Translations under genes and position numbers: made by a program
Notes under the pieces: model-generated
The model's database searches: none
Told to the model about the DNA's origin: nothing
What the model saw: the letters and a program-made list of their open reading frames with translations, nothing else
Shown: in pieces, positions 1-9,007 of the stretch
How positions within the stretch are numbered: position 1 is the stretch's first letter
Layout: the number at the start of each line of letters is the position of its first letter
IMG/VR virus record: IMGVR_UViG_3300049217_000071
Span: 62,001-126,000 of that record
Reading direction: 5' to 3' (one strand)
Length of the DNA: 64,000 bases

Positions 1-70
1 CAAACACAAACTGGGCGGCCTCACCAGGGGACCGACAGAAAATCATTTCGAGTGGCCGATTGGTCATTTC

Positions 71-397
71 GTGGTCAAGATCTATCCTAAGGAGATACAA
101 GACCCAAGTAGTTCACCTTATCTATACTTGCCACCTCCTACAGGCAGGACGGCTAAGCGGCCGGATTGTATCCTCCGATACGAACAGGTAGATGTTCACG
201 TGGAGGAATCTTCTCCCAATTCGCCACCATACTACGTCAACCTAAACACTGACAAACGTTTCAAGGACTTCACGCCTATCCAATATCATGTGGTTGGCGG
301 AATCAACCTCAGTGATGGCACTAAGATGCCTATCATTCATTTGTGTGAACTCATCCGATATCTTTATCGCCTATCTAACCTAACCGCGTTTCTGTAA
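71..397 (+). CDS. hypothetical protein
   Basis: 108-aa ORF in the dominant orientation; ends ...LSNLTAFL. Confidence 0.5.
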   Translation: MVKIYPKEIQDPSSSPYLYLPPPTGRTAKRPDCILRYEQVDVHVEESSPNSPPYYVNLNTDKRFKDFTPIQYHVVGGINLSDGTKMPIIHLCELIRYLYRLSNLTAFL

Positions 398-407
398 GAG
401 GTGTCCA

Positions 408-599
408 ATGAACAGCCAAGATAAACTGGCACTCGCACTTATAGTGAAGGACTATCCTATCATTGAGGTGCTTGATGCTTTGCAAGAAGCAATTGAAAAC
501 CAGATCGATGAGTTGGTGGATTTGGAATCTGGTCATTCGGGTATGACCAAGGAAATGTCGTTGGTAGCTCACCACTTGGGAATTTTTCCGAGGCAGTAA
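408..599 (+). CDS. hypothetical protein
   Basis: GAGGTG RBS upstream; TAATG overlap with next gene. Confidence 0.6.
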   Translation: MNSQDKLALALIVKDYPIIEVLDALQEAIENQIDELVDLESGHSGMTKEMSLVAHHLGIFPRQ

Positions 600-1120
600 T
601 GATTCAGCATACTAGTATGCTGTCTATTTTTCTTACCGCCTTTATTTCCTTCTTCATTTCCGGGTTTTTCGGCTACTCAATTCACCGTATGCTGCATCAG
701 CCTTGGTCTGGGCGCTTCAACAAATCCCATATGACTCATCACCTGATTCTGTATCCGCCCTCTGATTACCAGTCGGACACCTATAGGGAGCCGGGCAAAG
801 ACAACACCGTCAAGATCTTTTTCCTCTTTGCCCTGCCCCTTATCATCCTGCCCATCCTCTTGTGTTTGCTAAAGATTATCTCGGTGGCTATGATGATTAC
901 CGCCTTTCTGGTTATGGGGGTCATGAGCTACCTGCACGACTACCTGCACGATGCTTTTCACATCAAGAACCATTTCCTCACACGTATCCCAGGCTTTAGC
1001 GTTATATTCGCATACTGGGTGCACCTACATTATCTACATCACGTAGATATGAATACCAACTTTGGCATTTTCTTATTTCATTGGGATCGCATATTGAAAA
1101 CATTTTGGTCAGGTCCCTAA
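599..1120 (+). CDS. fatty-acid hydroxylase/sterol desaturase family membrane protein
   Basis: His boxes HRMLH, HMTHH, HDAFH, HYLHH plus NFGI..WDR motif and hydrophobic segments. Confidence 0.85.
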   Translation: MIQHTSMLSIFLTAFISFFISGFFGYSIHRMLHQPWSGRFNKSHMTHHLILYPPSDYQSDTYREPGKDNTVKIFFLFALPLIILPILLCLLKIISVAMMITAFLVMGVMSYLHDYLHDAFHIKNHFLTRIPGFSVIFAYWVHLHYLHHVDMNTNFGIFLFHWDRILKTFWSGP

Positions 1121-1150
1121 CCTCCGATCCTTTATCAAGGTAAGTTTATC

Positions 1151-1345
1151 ATGGAACACGTAAGCATTGAGAGATATCGAAACATTGGAATCATGGCGCA
1201 TATTGACGCTGGCAAGACCACTGTGTCCGAGAACATCCTCTATTACTCCGGTCGTATCCACATCATGGGCAAAGTCCACGATGGAGATACTGTCATGGAC
1301 CATGATCCCAGAGAGCGTGCCAGAGGCATTACTATCCTTGAATAA
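1151..1345 (+). pseudogene. fusA: elongation factor G N-terminal fragment
   Basis: [15 protein letters not shown] (G1) and ERARGITI (switch I); homology stops at ~1336 where the antisense HNH remnant begins. Confidence 0.9.
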
Positions 1346-1492
1346 AAAATATGATAGTCTGTGGGCACCATACTGCGTTTTGCCAATGCTGATAATTCCG
1401 TAGCCTGACTGATCTAAATTGCTTGACCACAGCCAGCATCCCGTGTTTGGCTCGGGCACATAAGAACTTTCGAGTCGATCAATGAGCCGCAT
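1337..1492 (-). pseudogene. HNH homing endonuclease N-terminal fragment
   Basis: PNTGCWLW...GYG.I.....AHRLSY typical of the region before the HNH motif; catalytic part missing; CGCGGTATATA motif just upstream of ATG. Confidence 0.8.
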
Positions 1493-1510
1493 ACTACTTA
1501 TATACCGCGT

Positions 1511-1858
1511 TCACTTCTCCTTTTTCTTCTTTCGTTTCTTAGACTTACCCCCCATTTTTTGATATACATCCATAACGACCGCCCATGGTTCGCTGTATTT
1601 TTTCCAATAAGGCTTGACAGCTTTCTTAGCGCGGTTCCAAGTTTTTTCACTAGCGACTGCACCCGGAGGATTATGGGACTTGTCGAAGGGGATGTATTCT
1701 TGGCTAGTTCCGTTTTCCTTGATCTCTTGGAATGTTTGTTCATCGATCCAACTAAGGTCTTCAGCCTTAACATCTTCAGGTTCTTTTCCTGCATAATGGG
1801 CCTCCGCTATTTTGATAGCAAATTCCTCTGCTAATTCGGCTAGTTTCTGTAAACTCAT
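1511..1858 (-). CDS. hypothetical basic phage protein (possible virion/internal protein)
   Basis: 115-aa ORF, Lys-rich tail, N-terminal KLAELAEEFAIKIA. Confidence 0.7.
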   Translation of the reverse strand: MSLQKLAELAEEFAIKIAEAHYAGKEPEDVKAEDLSWIDEQTFQEIKENGTSQEYIPFDKSHNPPGAVASEKTWNRAKKAVKPYWKKYSEPWAVVMDVYQKMGGKSKKRKKKKEK

Positions 1859-1880
1859 ACCCTAATACAAAGATAGTAAT

Positions 1881-2141
1881 ATGCAATTAGATTTCCAATT
1901 CCGAGGCGTCAGGTATATGCTCAACTTTGAGGATTATCTCTGTAAAGAATATGCGGAAAAGGGTGTCAAATCGGTAGAATTAAGAGTGTATTACACTCTA
2001 GCTCCCGAAAGTTTATATGCTTCTTCTATGAAGCTTATCAAGGATAATAAGATTGTCTGGGGTCAGTGGGACAATATGCATCTTCCTAAAGAAGCTCAAG
2101 ATCATTGTGATCGTATAATCAAACTGGCGGTTTTTGCATGA
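1881..2141 (+). CDS. hypothetical protein
   Basis: ATGA overlap with rnhB; ends IIKLAVFA. Confidence 0.6.
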   Translation: MQLDFQFRGVRYMLNFEDYLCKEYAEKGVKSVELRVYYTLAPESLYASSMKLIKDNKIVWGQWDNMHLPKEAQDHCDRIIKLAVFA

Positions 2142-2767
2142 TCGACAAACCATTTACTATTGGCTGTGATGATGTGGGTCACGGCAGTTTGGCTGGCCCC
2201 TTGGTTCTCGTGGGCGTCAGGGCGCCCAAGGATTGGGCCCTGGAGGGTCTCAACGATTCCAAGAAATTGTCCGCCAAGAAGCGTGAGGTCATGCGAGCTA
2301 AGCTGGGAAAACTGATCGAGGACAAGGTTATAACTTGGCACCTGGCCGAGCGCACCAATAACTTCATTGATCGATTTGGGGTAGGGGTAGCAATGAAAGA
2401 CGCCCTGGTGGAATGCTTTCACGCACTTTACCAGCCGGATTCATTGATAATTAGCGACGGAATTCTAAAATTTGACAACCTGGGAGTGGATGCTTACGAT
2501 ATAGAATCCGTTATCAAAGCGGATACTAAATTCCCAACCGTAATGGCGGCTAGCATTTTGGCCAAAACCTATCGTGATGAAAAGATGAAGACTTTTCATT
2601 TGCTTCATCCGATGTATGGCTGGGATCACAATGTGGGTTATGGATCCAAAGATCACCTGGAGGCTATTGCTAAGTATGGCCCTTGCCCTCTTCACCGATA
2701 CTCTTATGCTCCTATGAGACATATGACGATAGTGGATTCTAGCCAAACTTCATTCAAGGATTTCTAA
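2138..2767 (+). CDS. rnhB: ribonuclease HII
   Basis: GCDDVGHGSLAGP, LNDSKKLS, KAD...AASILAK..RD, GYG..H..A...G....HR. Confidence 0.95.
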   Translation: MIDKPFTIGCDDVGHGSLAGPLVLVGVRAPKDWALEGLNDSKKLSAKKREVMRAKLGKLIEDKVITWHLAERTNNFIDRFGVGVAMKDALVECFHALYQPDSLIISDGILKFDNLGVDAYDIESVIKADTKFPTVMAASILAKTYRDEKMKTFHLLHPMYGWDHNVGYGSKDHLEAIAKYGPCPLHRYSYAPMRHMTIVDSSQTSFKDF

Positions 2768-3013
2768 ATGTCAGAAGATAGTACCGAAACTAAAGACTCC
2801 GATAATTTACGCAGAATCAGAATGCTGGCCCGCAAAGTTTCTTTTTTGATGCAGCACCAGCATATTTTGCCGGATTTACAACATATGTTGGAGGAGATAT
2901 ATCCATCAGGCGTTGATGCTAGCGTCATCAACCGAGAGTCCCCAGAGTATTTATTGGGCGCTTATGAGGCCCTACTCAATCTAATTACAGACTTAGAAGA
3001 AAAAGGTCATTGA
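2768..3013 (+). CDS. hypothetical protein
   Basis: tightly packed ORF. Confidence 0.55.
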   Translation: MSEDSTETKDSDNLRRIRMLARKVSFLMQHQHILPDLQHMLEEIYPSGVDASVINRESPEYLLGAYEALLNLITDLEEKGH

Positions 3014-3303
3014 TGAAAACGGAATTTCCCAAGCTCCTCAAGGATATGCGTATCGCCCTGAACCCAGAGTTCAAGACTATTGTAAGCGACTCTACTCTGA
3101 CTGCCGATCAGTTTGACAAAGCCCTAATGGAAATTGAGGCCAAACAAGAGCAGATGGTCAAAGACCACGGATATACTCAGGAAGAGTTCTCTCAACTCAT
3201 CAAGGAACACTTCATTGATTTCTCCTCAACTAATCCTGACGAGTGGGTCATTAAGCTTGATACCGAGAATCCTCAGATCATTATTGGTTCCAAGACCAGC
3301 TAA
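3010..3303 (+). CDS. hypothetical protein
   Basis: tightly packed ORF. Confidence 0.6.
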   Translation: MMKTEFPKLLKDMRIALNPEFKTIVSDSTLTADQFDKALMEIEAKQEQMVKDHGYTQEEFSQLIKEHFIDFSSTNPDEWVIKLDTENPQIIIGSKTS

Positions 3304-3330
3304 TATCGTGATATATAGACTCAGCACCAT

Positions 3331-3405
3331 CGTGGTGTAGCATATTGGATGTGCGGCCGTCTCATAAGCGGTTATGAGTGGGTTCGATTCCCACCATCAC
3401 GACCA
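3331..3405 (+). tRNA. tRNA-Met/Ile2 (CAT)
   Basis: CGTGGTG/CATCACG acceptor, gccgt-ctCATaa-gcggt, GTTCGA T-loop, CCA; paired 1-72 so not an initiator. Confidence 0.9.
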
Positions 3406-3410
3406 TCTCT

Positions 3411-3851
3411 TTATTGTTTAGCAATTCCTGTGCCTGGTGTTGGTTGTTGTTGAGTACCTGGCTCATACTTCAACGACAAGGTAAGGTTGCTGTAGCTAAT
3501 GGTTTCGCCATTCTTTTGAGATGGAAATAGCTCAATATATTTTTCCAGGTAAGCCTTGACTTGTTCAGACAGTGGGGCGTATTTGCCCGTCAATTCAGGT
3601 GGATCTACACCCGGAGGAGAGACGGAAATAGTACTACCATCTCTTGTCACGTTGATAGCTAAGGCTGCTTGGTCAGTTGCCAGCATCTGCATAAACGGCA
3701 TAATCCCTAGTGATTTGACGCCAGAAGCGTGGGCCACTGAATCCTGAATATGCTGTTGAATCTCATCTTTGAGCGTGTTAGCATCAATACTGGCGTATTT
3801 CTTACGGAATTGCGAGGCAAGCTTGAAGAGGCGTAGTTCAGACTTTTTCAT
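3411..3851 (-). CDS. hypothetical protein
   Basis: 146-aa ORF; N-terminal LFKLASQFRKKYA. Confidence 0.7.
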   Translation of the reverse strand: MKKSELRLFKLASQFRKKYASIDANTLKDEIQQHIQDSVAHASGVKSLGIMPFMQMLATDQAALAINVTRDGSTISVSPPGVDPPELTGKYAPLSEQVKAYLEKYIELFPSQKNGETISYSNLTLSLKYEPGTQQQPTPGTGIAKQ

Positions 3852-3891
3852 ACTCGTATATCATTTTAGTGGTATATAGGATACCGACAAT

Positions 3892-3966
3892 GGGCGATTA
3901 ACTCAGCGGTAGAGTGCAACCCTTACAAGGTTGAAGTCGGGGGTTCGAATCCCTCATCGCCTACCA
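3892..3966 (+). tRNA. tRNA-Val (TAC)
   Basis: cloverleaf, caacc-ctTACaa-ggttg, CCA. Confidence 0.95.
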
Positions 3967-4072
3967 GATTTAGTGATAGTTAGGGGAGCCCCCTGTTGAT
4001 AGTTGCGATTCGACTAAGCTATCTGAACACGAAATCCTGTTGCCATGTCGAATAGGCGCAGGTCACTAGATT
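3967..4072 (+). ncRNA. candidate structured RNA (closing stem, two hairpins, 7-bp kissing loops)
   Basis: 3968-3977 pairs with 4062-4071; loop ATTCGAC (4008-4014) complementary to loop GTCGAAT (4047-4053). Confidence 0.55.
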
Positions 4073-4074
4073 AC

Positions 4075-4148
4075 GGGCGATTAGTTCAATGGCAGAATGC
4101 TTGCATGACTCGCAAGATACAGGGGTTCGATTCCCTTATTGCCTACCA
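4075..4148 (+). tRNA. tRNA-Val (GAC)
   Basis: cloverleaf, cttgc-atGACtc-gcaag, CCA; atypical anticodon loop. Confidence 0.9.
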
Positions 4149-4162
4149 CCAGGAGAAAGTAT

Positions 4163-4363
4163 ATGAGCGGCTCTGTGGAAGATTTTGATGGGTTGTGTGG
4201 TATCATCTACCTTCACGCTTGTTCGGATCAGCAAATTCGTTGCAAGTATGAATTTGGGCACGAAGGCCCTCACTCTTATGAGGGAACCTTAGCCACAGAT
4301 TGGTGTTTCCTGGGAGGTGTTGCCACTCATCCTGTTGAGAAATATACTCAGACAAAGAAGTAA
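4163..4363 (+). CDS. small protein with C-x4-GHxGxH possible metal-binding motif
   Basis: AGGAG RBS; CKYEFGHEGPH. Confidence 0.55.
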   Translation: MSGSVEDFDGLCGIIYLHACSDQQIRCKYEFGHEGPHSYEGTLATDWCFLGGVATHPVEKYTQTKK

Positions 4364-4368
4364 GACAT

Positions 4369-4443
4369 GCCCTGTTGGCGCAATGGTAGCGCGCTAGTTT
4401 CACACTCTAGAGGTTGTTGGTTCGATTCCAACACGGGGTACCA
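4369..4443 (+). tRNA. tRNA-Val (CAC)
   Basis: cloverleaf, ctagt-ttCACac-tctag, CCA. Confidence 0.9.
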
Positions 4444-4481
4444 GATTCGCAATTAACCATTTACATATCAAGGAAAGTCAA

Positions 4482-4706
4482 ATGAAGAAGTTCGTATCTG
4501 CCTTGTTTGCAGCTTTTGCTATCGTAGTTTTTACCGCTTCCACCTCTAACGCTGCTCCTCAGGTTCCTACCGAGAATGCCTGGTGTGGTGCCTGTTGCGG
4601 TATGATCAATGGAGCCCCGGTCGTTGGTTGCGGCTTGGTGAGTCCTTTGGTTTGTGGTTCATCCTGTTGGTGCACCAATGTGCCAGGCGTAGGCTTTGCT
4701 TGCTAA
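4482..4706 (+). CDS. small secreted Cys-rich protein
   Basis: signal-peptide-like N-terminus (MKK-hydrophobic-SNA) and 8 Cys in the last 40 aa. Confidence 0.75.
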   Translation: MKKFVSALFAAFAIVVFTASTSNAAPQVPTENAWCGACCGMINGAPVVGCGLVSPLVCGSSCWCTNVPGVGFAC

Positions 4707-5047
4707 TGACGCAAGAAGAATTCATAGAGCTGGTCAAACAATACTCTAGGGAGACGGGGATGCTGTCTTTCCTCAAACAGGATCACCCGGCTTACCTCAA
4801 GCTGATTCAAGCTGCACCTGAGATAATTCCTTGGGCTATGGAGAGGTTGAGGGCTACCATTGGCCGTGATCAAGGAGAGAGCTACGATCATGAAAATGAT
4901 CCCTGGCTTTTGATTCGCGTCATTGACCTTCAGGCTAAGGGTAGAGCTTTAGCGAACTATCCATACGAAGATTCAGGAAAGCTAGGCAAGTTGAGAGCTT
5001 ACTGTCTCAAGTGGGGCGAATCACAAGGACTGATCAAGCTCGATTAG
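4706..5047 (+). CDS. hypothetical protein
   Basis: TAATG coupling at 4706 (MTQEEF...). Confidence 0.6.
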   Translation: MTQEEFIELVKQYSRETGMLSFLKQDHPAYLKLIQAAPEIIPWAMERLRATIGRDQGESYDHENDPWLLIRVIDLQAKGRALANYPYEDSGKLGKLRAYCLKWGESQGLIKLD

Positions 5048-6027
5048 AGCTGGGTCCAGGTCTTGGTAGATCCGTTGAAGGACCAGGTGTCGTTAGCTGG
5101 GTAGTTAGCAGTAGCATAGACCCCACCGAACATAATGGTAGTGCCGCTCTGAGGATCAAAGGTCATTTGAGCATTGATACGACCGGCTGGGCCAGCGCCA
5201 TTAGCGACAGATGCTTGAGTCCAGGTAGTACCATCAAAGGTCCAAGTTTCTACCAAGTAGTTGTATTCGTTCTTACCGCCGAACATAACCCACAGGCTGT
5301 TGACAGTGTCATAAGCCATGCAGTGTCCGCTTCTGACAGAAGGGGAGGTAGCTGTGGAAAGTTGAGTCCAAGTGCCACCTGCCACAGCGGTGAACTTCCA
5401 AGTGTCATTGAACTGACTGTTGGTTCCTTGACCACCGAATAGAACGACTGATTGAACACCACCGATAGCGCCAGATCCTGCCATAGCGGCACCGATTCTT
5501 GCGGCTGGGCCTGCACCGTTAGCGACAGTAACCTGAGTCCAAGTGCTTGCAGTTCCGTCCCAAAGCCAAGTTTCGACTAGTTGAGAAAGAGTGGTTTCTC
5601 CACTGAACATTACCACACCACCAGCGGCCCCAACAGAAGCTAGGTAGCCGTCTACGGCATTGTATCGTCCAAATGGAACAGTAGCTGGGGCAGCTTGACT
5701 CCAGGTTTGACCAGAAGTGCTCCATACCCAGGTGTCTTCTAAGACGCCGGCAGCAGCAGAGGCTCCTTGACCACCATACAACATAACATTGACCCCGTCA
5801 AATTGCATGACGAAATTGACACGACCTGGAAGAGGTCCGTTAGCATTGACTAGGGTAGCACTGGTGTTAGACCAGTCGGTACCAGTGAACTCCCAAGTTT
5901 CATTGAGGAAATTTGAGAAGGATGGATAATTGCCAGTATCCATCAAAACAACTTTCTTGCCAGAAGCCGCAGTAGGATCGGTGGCCATAGCAGAGTTTGC
6001 GCAACGAAGTGGGGTGTGAGTGGTCAT
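5044..6027 (-). CDS. Kelch-repeat beta-propeller protein
   Basis: repeated (L/M)FGG...(D/E)TW...W...P.AR units. Confidence 0.9.
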   Translation of the reverse strand: MTTHTPLRCANSAMATDPTAASGKKVVLMDTGNYPSFSNFLNETWEFTGTDWSNTSATLVNANGPLPGRVNFVMQFDGVNVMLYGGQGASAAAGVLEDTWVWSTSGQTWSQAAPATVPFGRYNAVDGYLASVGAAGGVVMFSGETTLSQLVETWLWDGTASTWTQVTVANGAGPAARIGAAMAGSGAIGGVQSVVLFGGQGTNSQFNDTWKFTAVAGGTWTQLSTATSPSVRSGHCMAYDTVNSLWVMFGGKNEYNYLVETWTFDGTTWTQASVANGAGPAGRINAQMTFDPQSGTTIMFGGVYATANYPANDTWSFNGSTKTWTQL

Positions 6028-6163
6028 ATTATCCTCTTAGTAAGAATCAAAACTTTCAATATAGCTAAACATTATGGCAGAAAAGTCATAGAATATTTCG
6101 TGGGATTTTGCCCTATTATTTTCCTTTCAATATCAACGCATAAGGTGATATAAATAGTAGCAC

Positions 6164-6238
6164 GCGGGTATGGTATAGGGGTTGTGCCCAAGCCTTCCAA
6201 GCTTGAGAGGACCGGTTCGATTCCGGCTACCCGCTCCA
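6164..6238 (+). tRNA. tRNA-Gly (TCC)
   Basis: caagc-ctTCCaa-gcttg; U73; CCA. Confidence 0.95.
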
Positions 6239-6252
6239 AGTAGTTTCAGTAA

Positions 6253-6327
6253 GCGGATATAATTCAGTGGTAGAATGTATGCTTGCCAAGCATAATGTCG
6301 TCGGTTCGAGCCCGACTATCCGCTCCA
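6253..6327 (+). tRNA. tRNA-Gly (GCC)
   Basis: tatgc-ttGCCaa-gcata; U73; CCA. Confidence 0.95.
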
Positions 6328-6339
6328 CGAGAAAGATAC

Positions 6340-6446
6340 ATGTCAGACTATTCTCTAATTCTAGATACGCTTAATGGCGATCCCAATATTGCTTATTATA
6401 TTCTTGGAGTGTTTATAACTGACGGATCAGTTAGACATAAAATTGA
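6340..6446 (+). pseudogene. LAGLIDADG endonuclease N-terminal remnant
   Basis: IAYYILGVFITDGSV resembles a LAGLIDADG helix; AT-rich, directly after tRNA-Gly; rest absent. Confidence 0.55.
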
Positions 6447-6475
6447 AACGTATTCTCGGAATCTGGTGAGTTGCT

Positions 6476-6731
6476 ATGAAAATAGAAATCGAAGCGGTAG
6501 AGCTAATGGACTTGTTGGCCCAGCAAGAGCGTCAGGTGCGAGCTAACATTCAGCTCGTCCAATCACAAGAGGCTATTCCTGAGGGGGCGTGAGTTGGCTA
6601 TCAAGATGAGCGAGATTGTTCGCTTCATTAGGTTTGGTGATAGGGTAGGGGCCATCAAAATGGTTCGCGATCTAACAGGCATCGGCCTGAAAGAGGCTTA
6701 CGATTTGGTTGATGGCAACCTTCTCTTCTGA
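6476..6731 (+). pseudogene. ribosomal protein L7/L12 C-terminal-domain-like gene, frameshifted at a G5 run (6583-6587)
   Basis: 6606-6731 reads ...RVGAIKMVRDLTGIGLKEAYDLVDG; the upstream part 6476-6592 is in another frame. Confidence 0.75.
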
Positions 6732-7496
6732 TTAGTGTTTGGTTACGACTGTAGTGTAGACACCTGGCAGAGATAGGGCCATTCTTCGACCGCCTCTGGC
6801 GAATTGAGCCTGCTTCATATCTCTTCTCCACTGTGGCATAGCTTCACCGAAGATTTGTTTCTCAGTGCCTGGTCCACCCGTTCTGACGATAGCATACCCG
6901 CCAGATAGAATAGTGTAGGGAGCTTGCACAGACTTGAGATAATTGAAGGGACCATTCTTACCAACAGTGGCTTGTGGGTTGAAGAAGTTAGGAAAGACGA
7001 AGTCACTGACAGAGACATTGACGCCATTGGCTACTACGCCATATCCGATTTGTTCTACGGGATCACATAGCTCTGCACACCAAGAGGTGTTGCCGTTATC
7101 ACAGTAGCAGTTGGTGAATCGATCGCCTACCGTCTCGATAACTTCGTGAGACAGTGTGCCAGAGACGGTGTATTGTCCTGGGTTGGAGGGGTCAAACTTC
7201 ATCACAGTTCCGCCGTTGGACAAGATAGGATCACACATAATATAGCCGGTAATCTTGTCGCCCTCTTCTTGATGGAAGCCTAGGGCACCTGGGACTTGGG
7301 CATCGTTGTCAATGACAAAGATGGTCCAGGCGTGGCCGGGGACATTAGCTGGGTTGGCGTAGAACTTGATAGCCCCGCCTTTGAGGTTCCAAGCTGGGAA
7401 AACGTGTAGATTGAGTTGAGTTTGAATAGCCTGGCACATGGTGTTGACATCCGCGTTCGCCACCTTAGCGCTCTGATTTACGACAGCAATTTGCAT
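6732..7496 (-). CDS. putative zinc metallopeptidase (HExxE)
   Basis: GALGFH, TLSHEVIETVGD, ELCDPVE, VSDFV.P.FF. Confidence 0.7.
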   Translation of the reverse strand: MQIAVVNQSAKVANADVNTMCQAIQTQLNLHVFPAWNLKGGAIKFYANPANVPGHAWTIFVIDNDAQVPGALGFHQEEGDKITGYIMCDPILSNGGTVMKFDPSNPGQYTVSGTLSHEVIETVGDRFTNCYCDNGNTSWCAELCDPVEQIGYGVVANGVNVSVSDFVFPNFFNPQATVGKNGPFNYLKSVQAPYTILSGGYAIVRTGGPGTEKQIFGEAMPQWRRDMKQAQFARGGRRMALSLPGVYTTVVTKH

Positions 7497-7557
7497 ATAG
7501 CCTCCATATTATTGTCTCACCCCTATGGTAGATTATTACTCATATAGGGGAGGTCAT

Positions 7558-7734
7558 ATGGAAACGGTCATAGAGATTTTGCTTATGATGTTGTGGGATT
7601 TAGGGAAGACCGTATTGATCCAATGGTTATGGGTCAAGATCAAAGAAATGTATTCATCTCACAAGATGGGTAATCCCGCAATCGGCTTGAGACAATTATA
7701 TGGATTTGGGATCGACTTATTAGGGGCTAATTGA
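7558..7734 (+). CDS. small hypothetical protein
   Basis: GGAGG RBS before ATG 7558. Confidence 0.45.
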   Translation: METVIEILLMMLWDLGKTVLIQWLWVKIKEMYSSHKMGNPAIGLRQLYGFGIDLLGAN

Positions 7735-7752
7735 AAAAATAGCGCCGGCCCC

Positions 7753-7780
7753 TTGACTTGCATTTCGTAAGATATACATT
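7753..7780 (+). promoter_or_regulatory. sigma70-type promoter of tsf
   Basis: TTGACT-16nt-TACATT. Confidence 0.7.
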
Positions 7781-7799
7781 GACGGAAGAGGAAGATATT

Positions 7800-8699
7800 A
7801 TGAACAACGCTGAACTAATTAGGGAGCTTCGTGCTTTGACATCTGCTGGTATGAAAGACTGCCGTGATGCCTTGGAAGAGTCCGCCTGGGACTTGCAGAA
7901 AGCCGTCGACATTGTCAAGATCAAAGGCCTCAATATTGCTGATGGTCGCACTGGTCGTGTGGCCTCAGAAGGCAAAGTCGGCATTCTGTTCACATCCCCG
8001 ACTGAACCGGCTCACATTGTCGAGATCAATTGCCAGACTGACTTCGTAGCCAACAGCGATGGTTTCAAGAAGTTTGCTGCCATTACTCTAACTAAGTTGG
8101 GCGAGGTAGGACCTACCTTCACTGCTGCTATGGTAGAGGGTGACCGTAAAGAACTTGTCTCTACAACCAAGGAGAACATTGTGGTTCGTAGGTGGCAGAC
8201 CATTACTCCGGCCGCCTTCTCTCCTCTTACCAGAGTGTTCGGATATCAGCACTCCAATGCCAAGCTGGGCGTTTTGATGGTGCTACAAGCTTCCAATGAA
8301 GCTGTGGCCAATAGCCCCGAGCTACAGATTCTGGGCGAAGACCTGGCTATGCAAGCCTGTGCTATGAACCCTATAGCCGTCTCCCCGGAAAGCGTTCCCC
8401 AAGAAGAGAAGGATCGTCAAAAGGTTATCTTTGAAACTCAACTTCAAGAAGAGAAGAAGCCAGAGAAGATGTGGACCAAGATTTTGGAAGGTAAGTTCCG
8501 TAAGTGGAACTCCGAAGTCTGTCTGCTGGAGCAGGATTCGGTGGTTGTCGAGAAGACAGCCGTGAAGCAAGTAGTCAAGAATGTAGGAACCAAATTGGGC
8601 GGAGAGATTCAAGTGTTGAGTTTCGTTCGCTATCAAGCTGGTGAAGGAATCGAAAAGAAACAAGACAACCTCGCTGAGGAAGTCGCTAAAATGATGTAA
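7800..8699 (+). CDS. tsf: elongation factor Ts
   Basis: ELR..T.AGM.DC..AL, R.ASEG, EINCQTDFVA, AMQ..AM.P, CLLEQ. Confidence 0.95.
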   Translation: MNNAELIRELRALTSAGMKDCRDALEESAWDLQKAVDIVKIKGLNIADGRTGRVASEGKVGILFTSPTEPAHIVEINCQTDFVANSDGFKKFAAITLTKLGEVGPTFTAAMVEGDRKELVSTTKENIVVRRWQTITPAAFSPLTRVFGYQHSNAKLGVLMVLQASNEAVANSPELQILGEDLAMQACAMNPIAVSPESVPQEEKDRQKVIFETQLQEEKKPEKMWTKILEGKFRKWNSEVCLLEQDSVVVEKTAVKQVVKNVGTKLGGEIQVLSFVRYQAGEGIEKKQDNLAEEVAKMM

Positions 8700-8707
8700 G
8701 GTGTAAG

Positions 8708-9007
8708 ATGACCGATAATACGCAAGAATTGATCAACAAGTTGACGAACGCTATCTCCTTCAAGTTCAAGGAAGATGGCACCTCCCCAGGTCTAACTATC
8801 TCTCGCCTGAGAAATAGCTACTACTGTTCTGTGGTCCGCTACCCTAAGGGTTCGGCGCTCTCCACCAAGAACAAGGTCGTAGTGTGCAAGGCCGAAGCTG
8901 ATACTTTGGACTCGGCTCTCAAGACCGTGGCTAAGGAGTTTGTCAATTTGGCCAAGGTGCAACGCGATCCTCTGCAAGAGCTGAGCGATATCGTTCAGGG
9001 GGCCTAA
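8708..9007 (+). CDS. hypothetical protein
   Basis: operon packing. Confidence 0.65.
   Translation: MTDNTQELINKLTNAISFKFKEDGTSPGLTISRLRNSYYCSVVRYPKGSALSTKNKVVVCKAEADTLDSALKTVAKEFVNLAKVQRDPLQELSDIVQGA

Noticed and set aside
3967-4072. Theta (HDV-like) ribozyme or TPP riboswitch
   Set aside because: Position after a tRNA fits theta ribozymes, but I could not build P1.1, P3/L3 and the catalytic C. TAGGGGAGCC resembles a TPP start, but the CTGAGA and downstream core are absent.
6283-6546. ORF-track entries overlapping tRNAs (also 4139, 47314)
   Set aside because: Starts lie inside tRNA genes; real starts are downstream or the ORFs are spurious.
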